Shown here: positions 25,641 to 37,799 of the stretch, in pieces
Layout of the letters: each line of letters opens with the position of its first letter
Position numbering within the stretch: the stretch's first letter is position 1
Source: Lama glama
Taxonomy: Eukaryota
Direction of reading: 5' to 3'
Length of the DNA: 64,000 bases
NCBI GenBank assembly: GCA_028534125.1
Contig: CM052818.1
Location: forward strand, 12,526,001-12,590,000
Translations under genes and position numbers: made by a program
The notes under the pieces: generated by a model
Database searches by the model: none
What the model saw: the letters and a program-made list of their open reading frames with translations, nothing else
Told to the model about the DNA's origin: nothing

Positions 25641-26749
25641 TGGGTATTTCATAATTAAGAATTTAAAAATATAGTTTCTGACACTCTGAGCTGTTAATAT
25701 ATTAGAGGCAACTATCCTTTCATAAATTAATGTCAAGGAACATCAGATACATGAGTCTTGTCTTCTTTAACTGCCATTTCCACATACACACAGATGCAGC
25801 AGACCTACATTTTACTCCCTGGTCCTGAATGCAATTTTTAACAGTAACAGTAAATATCAATTTTACTCTGTCACAAAACTCAACGTAAGCAATCAATTGA
25901 CCTAACTGATTAAAATCACATTTTCTCTAGCTAAAGTAATTCGTTCCTCTATATAAGCCCGAGAGAATAAATTTAGTAAATCGTGTGCTATAAAACTAGT
26001 GAGGCAAGCATAATATGTGTAAAATTTATGGAACCTAGCTTAGAAACTATGTGCTAAGCTTGAGGGAGGCTTGGATTGACTAGGAAGTGTAGAACAGTGG
26101 GAAAAAAAGAAAAATCTCAAGAAGTCAAAACCCCTGAGAAGCAAGATGAAAAAGGAATTCTATTTCCTTACTGGAAAGCATTTATTATATATCTATTATA
26201 TTACAGGAAATGTGCCAGTTTTAGTGTAAAGATATGTAATGATAGATCTGATACTTGCTAGGAATAAGAATTAGAATGAGTAGCTATTTATTTCCCCAGA
26301 ATTAACCCTAGAGAAATTATAGAAGGGAACATAGAATCCAGAAAGCAACATCACAACCAACAGAAGTTCTCCGAGGGAGAGAAAGCTCTTTTGAGCTGGA
26401 ATTTGAATGCTCCAGTTTGGTACAGAAGTTTGCTTGGTGGATATTGAAAACATAAATTGCAAAAAGCTAGTTCAGTTCAGTTATTATTCTTCTCCAATAT
26501 ACCATAAGGTATTTTTCCTCTTCCACTTTCCTGCAGAAACTTGCTCGATTGCCAGCATTTTTGGAAAAATCCTGCTGGAGTATGGAGTTTGGTTAAACAG
26601 TTAGGACTGAGTATCCCTCACTCTGCTCCAGACAACTAGGGTTGGTAAAGCTCAACCTAAGAAAACTTTGTTTACCCAAATGCTGAATCTCTCTAATGGT
26701 TTGAAGGAATAGGGTGTGTTGGAAGCAGAAACATCAGAATATATAGATC

Positions 26750-27125
26750 AATAACTAAAATTAAGCAGAAAAGACAACATAAGAATTATATTAAAGGATA
26801 TAGACAATATTGACAATATAAAACACAAAGGGTCAGGTAAAAAATATGAGAATGAAAATTTAATGGTAGGAATAATAAACAGAGTAGATGCAGAGAAGAG
26901 ACAGACAGACACCTCTGAGTTGGTGGTAATGAGATTAGATTGAGAAACTGTTCCACAAGGAAACAAGGAAGTAAAAGAATATTGGAAATCTTAAAAGAAA
27001 AGTGAAAAAAGTTTTTAAAATTCACAGGAAGAAATATTGTAAGAAATGCAAGATAAACTTCCTGGAGTTAAAGAAGAATGGAAGACCTCAGTGTTTACAG
27101 AGCCCATCAAATGCCAAAAAAAGAG
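26750..27125 (+). mobile_element. HAL1/L1M ORF1-like remnant
   Basis: A-rich; AAACTTCCTGGAGTTAAAGAAGA..AGAGCCCATCAAATGCCAA. Confidence 0.45.
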
Positions 27126-27613
27126 AGATAAGGGCATTATAAAAAAAGAGCCAAATAGAAATACCAGAAACTGAAAAGTACATTAAATAAATTAACAGAA
27201 TGGACAAAACAAAGGATCTGTTATTAACAATAGGTCCAAAATTAACTGAATTAACAAAATTAACAGAGTCCAAAATCAGCAAAACAAAGCAAAAATGAAC
27301 AGAATGTACAAAACAAAAGCAGATAAAAAATATGCAATCTGAAAAAAAAATAGGAAAAACTAAACAGAGCCTCTCTAACTCATGGGAGAATATCAATTAG
27401 TAAACACACCTATACTGTAATTGGAATCCACAAGGAAAGAGGGAAAACATTGGCATAGAGAAATATTTGAAGAAACAAAACGAATGTCCAAACCTTCCTC
27501 AAATTCGGTAAAATCATAAGCATAAGAATCCAAGGTACCCAGCAAACCCTGGGCAGTATAAATAAGAACATAACACCTCAACATATCATAAGCAAATTAC
27601 TGAAAGCTGAGAG

Positions 27614-27614
27614 T

Positions 27615-27662
<48 letters not shown>

Positions 27663-27670
27663 GATCGATC
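27614..27670. repeat. (AG)n microsatellite followed by (GATC)3
   Basis: Directly visible. Confidence 0.95.
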
Positions 27671-28759
27671 AATTGAAAACAGCCAGAATAAAAAGAATAA
27701 AAAGACGTGTCACATATAAAGAACAGGGTAAAAACTATGGCTGCCTTCTCATTAGTAACAATGGAGGCTGGAAGAAATGGAGTGGTATCTTTAAAGGGGA
27801 TGAAAAGCATAAAAAACTATCAAAGAAGAATGTATAACAAGTAAAACTATCTTTCAAAATTGAAGCCCAAATAAAGATATTTTCAGATAAATGAAAGGTT
27901 AAAAACTGCTACTAGCAGAACTGCACTATAAAAAATGATACACGAAGGTTTTCAGGATGAAGAAAAATAACATCAAATGGAAAATAAGATTTTGAGGATT
28001 GACCAAAAGGCTCTGAGAATGGTAGATATGTGGATAAACATAAAAGACTATCTATCTAATTTTTAAAAGATAGCTTGCTTTCTGCTGCAAAGTATGTATC
28101 AAAACAGCACAAAAAACTGGAGAAGATTAAATGGAAATGATACTGATTTAAGATTTTTGTATTTTATATAATGTGATACAATATTAACTCTAAGAAGGCT
28201 GTGAGGAGTTAAGAATTAATATTGTAATATCTAGACCAACCAATAAATAATATAATGAATGAGTATAGCTAAAAATAAATTGATAAATTAACATGAAATA
28301 CTATATGAATACTAATATCCAATTATCCCGAAAGAAGCCAAGGAAAGCAGAAGAGAGAAACAAAAATCAGAGAGACAAACATCAGCAAGAAGTAGCAAAA
28401 TGATAACAACACACATATATCAATAAGTAATTAAAATGTAAATATGCCAAACATTCCAATTAAAAGCCATAGATTATCAGACTTGACAAGAGGGACCTAA
28501 CTCCATCCTATTAAAAAAATGCATACATTAATATAAAACCAAAGACAGATTGGAAAATAACAGATACACCACACACACATCATACTAAAGACAGACAACT
28601 GCTGTGTCTATGTTAAATAACAACAAAGTGAGCCTCAAAATGTGTTCTTCCAGAGATAGAAAGGGAAATTTTTAATTCATTAGGAAACAATAACTACACA
28701 TGTACATGCAGTTAATAAGAGAGATTCAAATGCATGAATTTTTTTAATTAGTGTTCAGA

Positions 28760-29095
28760 TGCATGCACCCCAGTGTTCACAGCAGCATTATTTATAATAG
28801 CCAAGATATGGAAGCAACCTGTGTCTATCAACAAACAAATTCATGGATAAAGAAGATGTGACATATTTATACAATGTAATATTACAGCCATGAAAACGAA
28901 TGACATTTTGCTGCTTGCAACCACATGGATGGACCTGGAGATCATCATTCTAAGTGAAGTAAGTGACAAAGAGAAAGAAAAATACCATATGATATCACTC
29001 ATATCTGGAATCTAAAAAAAAAAAAGAAAAGAAAGAAGAAAGAGGACACTAATGAACTCATCTACAAAACAGAAACAAACTTGCAGACATAGTGG
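28760..29095 (+). mobile_element. Younger L1 3' fragment nested in the old L1
   Basis: ATGCACCCCAGTGTTCACAGCAGCATTATT..GCCAAGATATGGAAGCAACC..CTAAGTGAAGTAAG..ATGAACTCATCTACAAAACAGAAAC. Confidence 0.85.
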
Positions 29096-30664
29096 AGATA
29101 AATTTTTAAATGTGTGAAATTTCTACGTGGAAAACGACACAAATCATTACTAAAAAAAATTGAAGAAGACATGCAAATAAAGAGATATGCCATGTTTGTG
29201 AACTGGAGGACTAAGTAGTAAGATGCTGCTCTCTGTAAACTGATCTATAGATTCAACACAATCTCAATAAAAACCCAAACTAGCTTTTTTTAAAAAACAG
29301 AAATTAAGTTGTTTCTAGAATTTATATAAAAGAGAAAACAGAGGAAAGAAGAAACCTTTTATATGCATACTTGAAAATAATATTAAAGTTGGAGGGCTTA
29401 CACTACAAAGGTAAATTTACCTGGAGTGATGTTGGTGTAAGGACAAAGTGGTGAATAGAACAGAATAGAGGCCCCAGAAATAGGCCAGCATGTATCTTGT
29501 TGATTATTTTTTTTCCTACCTGGGTGCCAAACCAGTTGAAAGAGAAGTCTGTTCAACAGATGTGAATGGGAAAATTAGATAAACTTAAGGGGAAAAATGA
29601 AAAAAAAAATCATAATATCACAAGCAAAATTTAATTCCTGATATGTCATAGACCTAAACACAAATTAAATCTAAAACTTCTAGAAGCCTCTATAAGAGAA
29701 TACCTTTGTGACCTTGGATAGGCAAGGATTTCTTACAATGAGAAAAGCACTGTTTAGAAGAAGAAAAGAAGTAAATATACTTAAAATTCCTTCTGTCTAA
29801 AGACATTGTTGAGAATATGAAATTGCAAATTATAAACTAGAAGAAATATTGCAATATTTTTATCTGACAAACTATTGCATATATATTTTTCCTCCCTTTT
29901 AATAAATAATGAAATCACAAATAATGTAATTATATTGACCAAAAGACTTATGGCCCCAAAGCAAGGGAAAAGGTGCTTAACACGTTTAGTCTTCATAGGC
30001 ATACAATTAAATTTAAAAACGAGAAATCATTTCACACCAAGTAGAAGCGTTAAAATGTAAAAACTTGCAACACAAAATGTTGGCAAGGACATGGATTAGT
30101 TGGAACTCTCGGTCTTGCTTATAGGAATATAAATTAGTACAACTACTTTGTCAACATTTTGGGCAATTTTTTATAGTGTTAAATATTTTCCAACTCTATG
30201 ACCTGATTATAACATAAATCAAAACATATATCCTAAAAAAGACAATTTGTGCAAGAAAGTTCATAGAGGGTTTTTATTTTTTTTTAAGAATAGCCCCAAA
30301 CTGGGAGCAGTCTTAAGTGTCCCTCATCAGAGAATGGATAAACAAATTGTGATATGAAATGCTAATAAACTCAACAGTATATGCGTGAATCTCAGAAGCA
30401 GAGTAGAAGTAGCCAAACTGAGAATACACACTGTAGGATTCCATATATATGAAATTCTGGATCATTCCATACTAATCTATGGAGGTAGAAATAGGAACTA
30501 TGGTTTCCTATGGAGATAAGGAGATTTAAGGGGACTCAAGAACACTTTCTAGGTTGATGGAAATACATGTATATATATATATTTTTATGGAGTGCTAGTT
30601 ACATGGGTGTATACATGTGTCAAAACTTATAAAATGGTACCCTTTTAACTCCAAACATATAAGG

Positions 30665-30715
30665 GTGTGCATGTGCACACACATGTGCACACACGCACAC
30701 ACATGCACACACACA
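30665..30715. repeat. Imperfect (TG)/(CA) microsatellite
   Basis: Directly visible. Confidence 0.85.
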
Positions 30716-31039
30716 AAAATCCTGATACCTCAATTCTCTCATCAGTACTTTTTTATGAAAGTTAAGTTGAAATGCAAACCTGTTTCTAAGTGTGCCATAT
30801 TAGTGGGTCTTATCCTTTTTTCTGGTCTAATTGAAGCTTCACACAGTTCACACCCTTCTGGAGTGACGGAACCATAATTACGCTCCAAACATCATGCAAT
30901 TCAACTGATTGGCACTACTTATTTCTTAATCATTTAGGCCCAACGTGCGGAGCTCTTCACAAGGTTGCCTTTCGTGTCTTGTTTACCACATACCCTCTCG
31001 GCTACAGGGCATAGTGAACCCCACCTGTGTTTGGCAGTA

Positions 31040-31260
31040 GCTTCCTCTACTCTCCTCCCCTGTGATTTTGGCTGATTAGTAATTCCAGCTAGTTCACAGT
31101 CATTTTCTTTCTCTAGATCATTTATACTGATTAAAATCAGCAGAAGTCCAAGGACTAATTTCAGCAGGATTCCAGATATGTTCTCAATATTTAAGTATTG
31201 TCTGTTAACAGAGAAATGAAGTAAAGGAAAACGTTTGCTTGAGCAACTGTTAGTGGGAAG
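31040..31260 (-). mobile_element. CR1/L3 LINE reverse-transcriptase remnant
   Basis: Translation SGILLKLVLGLLLILISINDLEKENDCELAGITNQPKSQG aligns by eye, without gaps, to the CR1 RT motif SGVPQGSVLGPxLFNIFINDLxxGIxxxLSKFADDTKLGG. Confidence 0.6.
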
Positions 31261-32147
31261 GAGATTAGGTTTAAAGGCTGACAAAATGTTGTGTGCCTAG
31301 AATCCATAGGAACAAAGAAACTCTGCTGTTCAAACCCTAGGTTAAAAAGGAAGCTATTTGGGGAAGATAATTAATTCAGGCACCTAAAACTAGCAGAAGC
31401 AGTGTGATCATCGTGTGGACAAGCATTTTATTAAAGATGTGGGGAGTCAGGCTACCAGAGAGAAAAAGGTGTTAATGGAGTTATTAAATAGACTTTAAGA
31501 TGCCATTGAAGGTCTTGCAGCATATGTACAGTGGACAGCAGGGCTTACCTGATGCTGGATCAGTTCTTCTTGGAGGTCAGGACAGAATTTTTTCATGTCT
31601 TTAATACATTCAGAAGGTAGAAAAAGACTGTGCATTTGAAACAGCCTCTCATATGGCTCTCAGCCTGAGTTACACAGGTGCTCATGTATCAGACTGTGGA
31701 ATGATTTATTCAGCTGCTTTGCTATTTGTGAAATACACTCAATCACCCAAGATAAAAGATAAAAGTCTTCCGTCTACATTTTACATCCATTTCTAACCTG
31801 TCAAAAATCTTTGATTCTTCCCCAAAATACTTCTCAGATCTCTCCTCACCAACCCCACCAGCACTACCTTTGTTTAGAACCTACTTCAGTCTCGTTGGTA
31901 AAATTTATATTTTACCAATATAAATTTAATTCACAGAATGTTCAATGATGATGAAGATAAAGATAATGCTACAGTTACTACTACTTCTGTTGCCTCCTGC
32001 TATTTATTTAACACCAAGAATAGGCATAGTAATTATTTCAATTTTCCTGGAAGATAAATGGAATAACATTCTTATGTTGTATTACAATTGGGGAAATAGA
32101 AAGTTGAGTAATTTATCAAAGGTCACACCTATCTACACATGGGATCG

Positions 32148-32625
32148 TGTATTAGTTTCCTATTACCGATTTAACAAGTTATCACAAACTTAGTGACTTA
32201 AAACAATACCATATGTATTATAGTTTTGGAGGTTGGAAGTGCAAATTGGGTCTCAGTGGGCTAAAATCAAGATGTTGGTTGGGTTTTCCTGGAGACTCTG
32301 AAGTAATTGCCTTTTCAAGTCTGTAGAAACCGTCCTTATCCTTCAGTTTATGCCCCCTTCCAACTTCCAAGCCAGTAATGGCCAGTCAAGTGTCTCCTAC
32401 ATTGCATTCATTCTAACACTAACTCATCTGCTTCCTTCTTCCACATTTAAAGGACCTTGTGATTACATTGGCCCATCTGGGTAATCCAGTATAATCTTTT
32501 ATTATTTTAAGGTCAGCTAATTGGCAAGCTTAGTTACCTCTTGCTGTGTAACCTAACATATTCACAGATTCTAGACATTAGAACATAAGTATCTTTGGGG
32601 GACCATTATGTATCTGCCTACTGCA
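32148..32625 (-). mobile_element. MaLR LTR MLT1C/D-like, inserted in a MIR (MIR about 32040-32145)
   Basis: TGTATTAGTTTCCTATT..GGGCTAAAATCAAG..AAGGACCTTGTGATTACATTGG..TTTGGGGGACCATTAT..CTGCCTACTGCA. Confidence 0.88.
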
Positions 32626-32685
32626 GCTATAAATTGACATCTCTCAAATTCTGTATTACTAATCACTATTCAATTTTAGCAGTAT

Positions 32686-32796
32686 GTATTTTTAAAAAAT
32701 TTTCTTCATTTATTTGTAATAGTGGTACTGGGGAATTTAACCCAAGACCTCTTGCATGCTAAGTGAACACCCTACCACTGAGCTATACCGTCCCCC
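32686..32796 (-). mobile_element. tRNA-derived SINE, Vic-1-like
   Basis: Minus strand GGGGGACGGTATAGCTCAGTGGTAG..CTTAGCATGCAAGAGGTCTTGGGTT; flanking direct repeat AGCAGTAT (32678-32685 / 32798-32805). Confidence 0.85.
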
Positions 32797-32819
32797 AAGC
32801 AGTATATTCTAAGAGAGAA

Positions 32820-33385
32820 ATATGATTGTGTTGTATCCTGCTTCAAAAACATTAATGACTCCATATTTCCTTTAAGATAAAGTGTTAATTCAGCACATGA
32901 GGCCCTTCATAATTCAGACTCAAACATATTTTCCTAGACTAGGTTTCCCACATTCCCCACCATGTTATTATGTGTAGTCACACTGACATACTCACTTCTC
33001 ACTGAAAGCACTGGTTTTCTCCTACCTCCACTGTGTGCAAAATCTAGTCATACTCTCTGTTCTCCAACTAGAAACTCCTACTGTATCTTTAAGGATGGAA
33101 CTCAAATACCAATCCTTTTATGAAGCCATCTTTGATGTTGTGGGAAAAGTATACCATCCCTCAATGTGCTCTTTTAGTACGTTAGTACATTTAATTAGTA
33201 CGTACAATTGTGTGTACTCCCTTTTTATACAATGGAATTTTCATAGTGCTAGATGTTTCATTATATACACAGGTCTCTCACTAAAGACTGGTGGTACTGA
33301 GTTCAGGGCCATGTCTTTTTGCCTTTCTATTTTAGAAACAAGCAGAATTCTTAGAAAATGGTGGAAATAAATAAAAACTAAGTTA
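32820..33385 (+). mobile_element. L2 3' region
   Basis: CCTGCTTCAAAAAC..GGCCCTTCATAAT..CAGGGCCATGTCTTTT..AAATAAATAAA tail. Confidence 0.65.
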
Positions 33386-33842
33386 ATAAACAAACCCATG
33401 AAAGAAATAATATTTTATGCCTCTAAGCTTTTTCTTTTTAAAGTTTTAAATTTTATTTCTGCTTGTAATTTTTGTAAACACTTATCAGGGAGAGAGAAGC
33501 TAAATAAATTTTGAAAAAGCCATCCATGAACAGATAGGATGATTTTTACCGAGTGACCATGCAGTACACAGAGATATGTGTATATATATATTGTATTCAT
33601 ATGTATAGCTTCAAAATACTGGTAAGGAGAGTCCAACATATGATTTGTGCATGAATATGTAATATTTATAGAAAAGTATGCAATTCTAACAATTAAAACA
33701 CTGTACCTTTTATTCAGTAGATTTCTCTAAGTCCATTCAAAGGTTTAATTCTGATATTTTGTATCTTTTTCCATATATGGGTTTACAGTGTCAGAAACAA
33801 TTTTCATCCAGTTTAAATTTTGAAATTTTGAATAAAAGTCTT

Positions 33843-34278
33843 GTGTAAATAAAAGACCATTCAGATGAGGACAAGCTGACGCTGTTTGTATAGCGCTTCA
33901 TATAGCAAGGGAATCAGCCACCATCTCTTGTGTCTGGCAGAGACTCAAATGTAAGGTAGAATAAAAGAAAGGGAAGGATTTACATATGGTCTGAAGATTG
34001 TTGGCCTGGAGAAGCTGGAAGTATTCTATGTAGAAGCAAAGCAACTGATATAATTGGTTTGGGAAGCATATTCAGTTGTCTGCTTGGTCTCAGAACAGAG
34101 ACAGGGCCAAAAAGCTACCAGTTATTGAACAAATCCTGACCAGGGTGAGCTGACTGCTGCATAAGGAAGATTTGGCTTCCTGGATTGGTTGCTGCAGAAA
34201 TTATAGGACAGAGTTCTATTTTCATATATGATCTGGAAATTTTCCATTTTTTAATAGAAAAAAAAGAATTATTCACAA
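33843..34278 (-). mobile_element. ERV1 solo LTR (MER89/MER110-like)
   Basis: GGCTTCCTGGATTGGTTGCTGCAG..CAGAGTTCTATTTTCATATATGATCTGG; reverse-complement similarity to 37325-37790. Confidence 0.7.
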
Positions 34279-35119
34279 TGCAAGATTGGAATCAAGGCCT
34301 TACATTAGCTGGGCTTACGTATATGACCTTTGTTAATTTTTCCAGATGGCAAGTGTTTGCCCATTGTTCTCTGAAGGTTGTTGAATTCAAATTTAGAATT
34401 CCCTGTGGTCTGATCAATAGATTTTAATAGTATGTTCTTTTTCTGGGGGAGAGAGACCCTAACAAAACGGTGGTTTTATTATTTTAGCATCATTTGTCCA
34501 CATTAAGTGAAGGTAGAAATGCTATTGGGTGTAATTCTTTACGGTCTCATTTGATGAGTCCAGCATTGCCCAGAGGTTTTTTTATTTATCATTAGGGACT
34601 TGTGATAGATGGCAAATTCAGCTGCAGTAAGACTGAAGGCAGTGGCATTAGAATGAGAATGTTCTAAATGAACAATTATAGTAAAGAAAGAAGTAAAGAG
34701 AAAAAGCATCACTATGAGTGGACAACAACCAGAGGTCTGTAGAAAATCAGAAGAAGAATGTTTATAATCAAGCATATCGGAGAGAAAACAGGAATTAGGT
34801 ATGAGTTGTTAGTCCCACATTTTGGGCAGAAGCCGTTTACTATTTGAAGTCATTCACTTGTTCCTAAATCTTGGATCAGCTGTCTGCCTTCAAAGATCAG
34901 CTACTTCTAGGGGATCTCTGAGAATTCTCAATGCGAGGTTTCCTGTTGGAGTAGACTTCTAATTGTGAAGAAACTGAATGCCTTCTTGGTTGTGAAATTC
35001 AAACCCAATGTTTGATTCCCTGGAGTTTCCCTGCTGTATTTACACATTTTTTTAAAAAGTTATAAAAGTATGTTTCTTATCATGTAATATATTTTTTGAG
35101 TTGACATATGTGAATTTAG

Positions 35120-35720
35120 GCTTTTGAATTAGATTAGTCATCCCTTAACAGCCTGATTACTGACTTCCTGCCACTTATTTCTCCTTCTTGTAACTCATTC
35201 TCCACTCATAGCTCATGGTACCATTTTTTAAAAAAATAAATAATGAATATGGTCACGTTTATTGGCTGCTCATTGCCTACAAGCCAATATTCATATTTTC
35301 TATCTTGTCAGGGAAGGTCTATCACAATTTATCTTCAATTTAGGTTCCATGCCCCAGCCTATCTGAACTTCCTCAAATACACGGTGTCCTTTCATGCTTT
35401 CTGGAGGACTTTCTTGCCTCTGCCTAAAGGTTCTTCTTTTTTTTTTTTCCATTACCTTTGTCTGTTGTGCTCTTTTTCATAACTCCAAATTCATATTAAA
35501 AATTGCTTTTCCTGCAATGCTTTAATCAGTTCTACTAGAGAGTTGATTATTTCCTTATCTGTGGTACCATAAACTCTGGGATAGTACTTACAATACTATA
35601 TTATACAGTTTATGAATCATGAATTTATGTATTTGTCTTCCATGCTGAACCTGAGGTTCTTGAGGACACAGGCATGTTTTAAAGTATTATTTCTCTCATA
35701 TTCCTGAGATTTAAAAAATG
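35120..35720 (+). mobile_element. L2 fragment
   Basis: CATTCTCCACTCATAGC..GGCTGCTCATTGCCTACA..GAGGTTCTTGAGGACACAGG. Confidence 0.6.
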
Positions 35721-37324
35721 CTCTCATATTAATGAAAAAATCTCTTTTTCTACATAGAGGATAAAATAGAAATGTGGTCAGTCTTTAGATTTCTAAGACA
35801 AATGCTCAGCCGTGATGCACCGGGATGTAAACTGCTCTTTAAAACAGATTTTAGAAGGTTGTTGCTGACCAGCTCTATCACATAAAGGACACATATTCAT
35901 GGAAATGTGTTGTGACTTCTGAATGGACCTGCCGCAAGTATATACAGCCTTTATTAAAACAAAATGCATTCAAGTTATCTCAGTTTAATGACTGCATGAC
36001 TAAACCAATTCCTCTTAAAACAAACATATCAGAGAAAATTATACCCATGGGTCACATTTCTGTGATTAGTAAGACATTTCACCATCCATGGAATTTAAAT
36101 GGGCCTTTTCATTTTAGTTTCAAAGTTTGAAAAAGATGATCTGTGAGTTTTACTTTTGTCTGCACTGATTGTATTGCTCCTGAAAAAGACTACATTTTTA
36201 GCTTTGAAGTCTAGATCCTGATTAGCCAAAGAAGGGGATAAGAGAAACTGCTTCAGTTGGGTTTTCATTTACAGAACAACCTGACCTGATTTTGAAGCTG
36301 AGTAAGAGGGAAGGAGATAATTTTCAATCCCTGTTAATACCATTTGGATGACTAGGGCACTGTCCCCTTAAAAATGGAACCAATAAAAATTCACAAGATC
36401 CTAGTAGCAATCATCTACGGTTATCTTTTCAGTCATACCAAGTATCAGAGATAGATTATAAGAAAAAAAAAAAAGCCAAACCACTGGTAAATCCTCATGC
36501 CACTTCCTCAAATCAATCAGCTCCTCTATAAGATGTAATTATTTCCTCAATAACAACCCTGCTATTTCTCCTCTAAGGAAAGTTTACAACATCAAAATAA
36601 AATCAAGTAAGAAATCAAAATGGACTATAATGCTCTACCAGGTATGAAGTTATACTTGTTTCTCAGCTTGATAATAATAAGACTTCTTTCAAAGAAACAT
36701 CAATTTTATAAGTTAGATAACTTTGGCTCCTAAAAATAGCATTTTTTACACCAGAATTATCTGTTCCTCTTTTCACAAAAGTTACTACTATAAATCAACA
36801 CCCATACTATACTAGCTAAGGGCCAAAACAATCATTTGTTTAACAGCTATCAGCTATTCAAAATATTTGATATAAAAAATTTCTGACCATAAATATTAAA
36901 GATAAAAGAAAAAAGGAAATAAATGTTGATAAACATAATACATTACTTGCATTGTCCAGCCCCAATTACAGTGCTCAGTTACGAAAATCTATCTTAATAA
37001 AATTTTATTTTTAATCACATAATAGTGTGCATTATGAATACCAACAATGTCTTGAGCTATATGTTTTGAGAATCCATATTTTAGAAACACATGTAGAGTT
37101 TTAGCCTAGGAATTGTACTTATATGTACAAGCATATAAGTGATAACCTTTAGCAATTCCCCCCAAATACCAAAATATACATGGTGATAATATCTTAATTT
37201 TAGATTTTATTTTTTTATTAATGTGAAATTATACTTCTTGTCACTTTAAGTATTTGTCCATGGAATTGCATTTTGTCCTATATGAATAGGGTGAGTCTTC
37301 CGTAATAAATAAAACTTCACAGGT

Positions 37325-37790
37325 TGATAGGCTGTATAGACGAACGGACAGTGGTCAGACCACATGTAAAAACAGAACTCTCACCCACAACCTTCAGCAA
37401 CCAGCCCACAAAGCCAAACCACCACCTGCCACAACCAGTCCAGGGAGACAAATCATAACTCCTGTCGCAGGGGGCTCCAAATAGCCAGAACTTGATGAAA
37501 ACCTGACAGCTTCCCAATGTATGTCTCCACATCCAATTTAGGACCAACTGAGAAAAGTCAAATATAGTTTCCTAAATAGTTACATAGGGTGTCCCGATTT
37601 TAGTTAGCTTTCCCCCTGCTTCCCTATGCCAACAACTTCCAGTCAGGGCATTCCTAAAGCCCTCTCTTTTTCCTACTATAAATCTTTCCCACTCCTCTCT
37701 CTTCCTTTGCATCTCTGCCTCATGTAAGTAATGGTAGCTGATTTTCTTTCTATACCAAGGTCATTTAGGTCATTTTCATTTATTTACATG
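37325..37790 (+). mobile_element. ERV1 solo LTR (MER89/MER110-like)
   Basis: GGACAGTGGTCAGACCACATGTAAAAACAGAACTCTCACCCACAACCTTCAGCAACCAGCCC..TTTAGGACCAA..CTACTATAAA..TATTTACA. Confidence 0.75.
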
Positions 37791-37799
37791 AGATCATTG

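Larger units (their letters stand above)
27140..30645 (+). mobile_element. Old L1M (MC/MD/ME-like) with ORF1, deleted ORF2 and 3' UTR remnants
   Basis: ORF1 motifs (AAATATTTGAAGAAA, AACAATGGAGGCTGGAAGAAATGGA, AAACTATCTTTCAAAA); ORF2 motifs (TGATCTATAGATTCAACACAATC, AAATGTTGGCAAGGA); 3' UTR GTTACATGGGTGTATAC. Confidence 0.85.

Noticed and set aside
27586..27837. RERE/SLSL low-complexity ORFs
   Set aside because: Translation of an (AG)n microsatellite
31549..31600. Possible small minus-strand exon ending CAG|GTAAGC
   Set aside because: Good donor but weak acceptor, resembles an L2 fragment, peptide not recognisable and no partner exons
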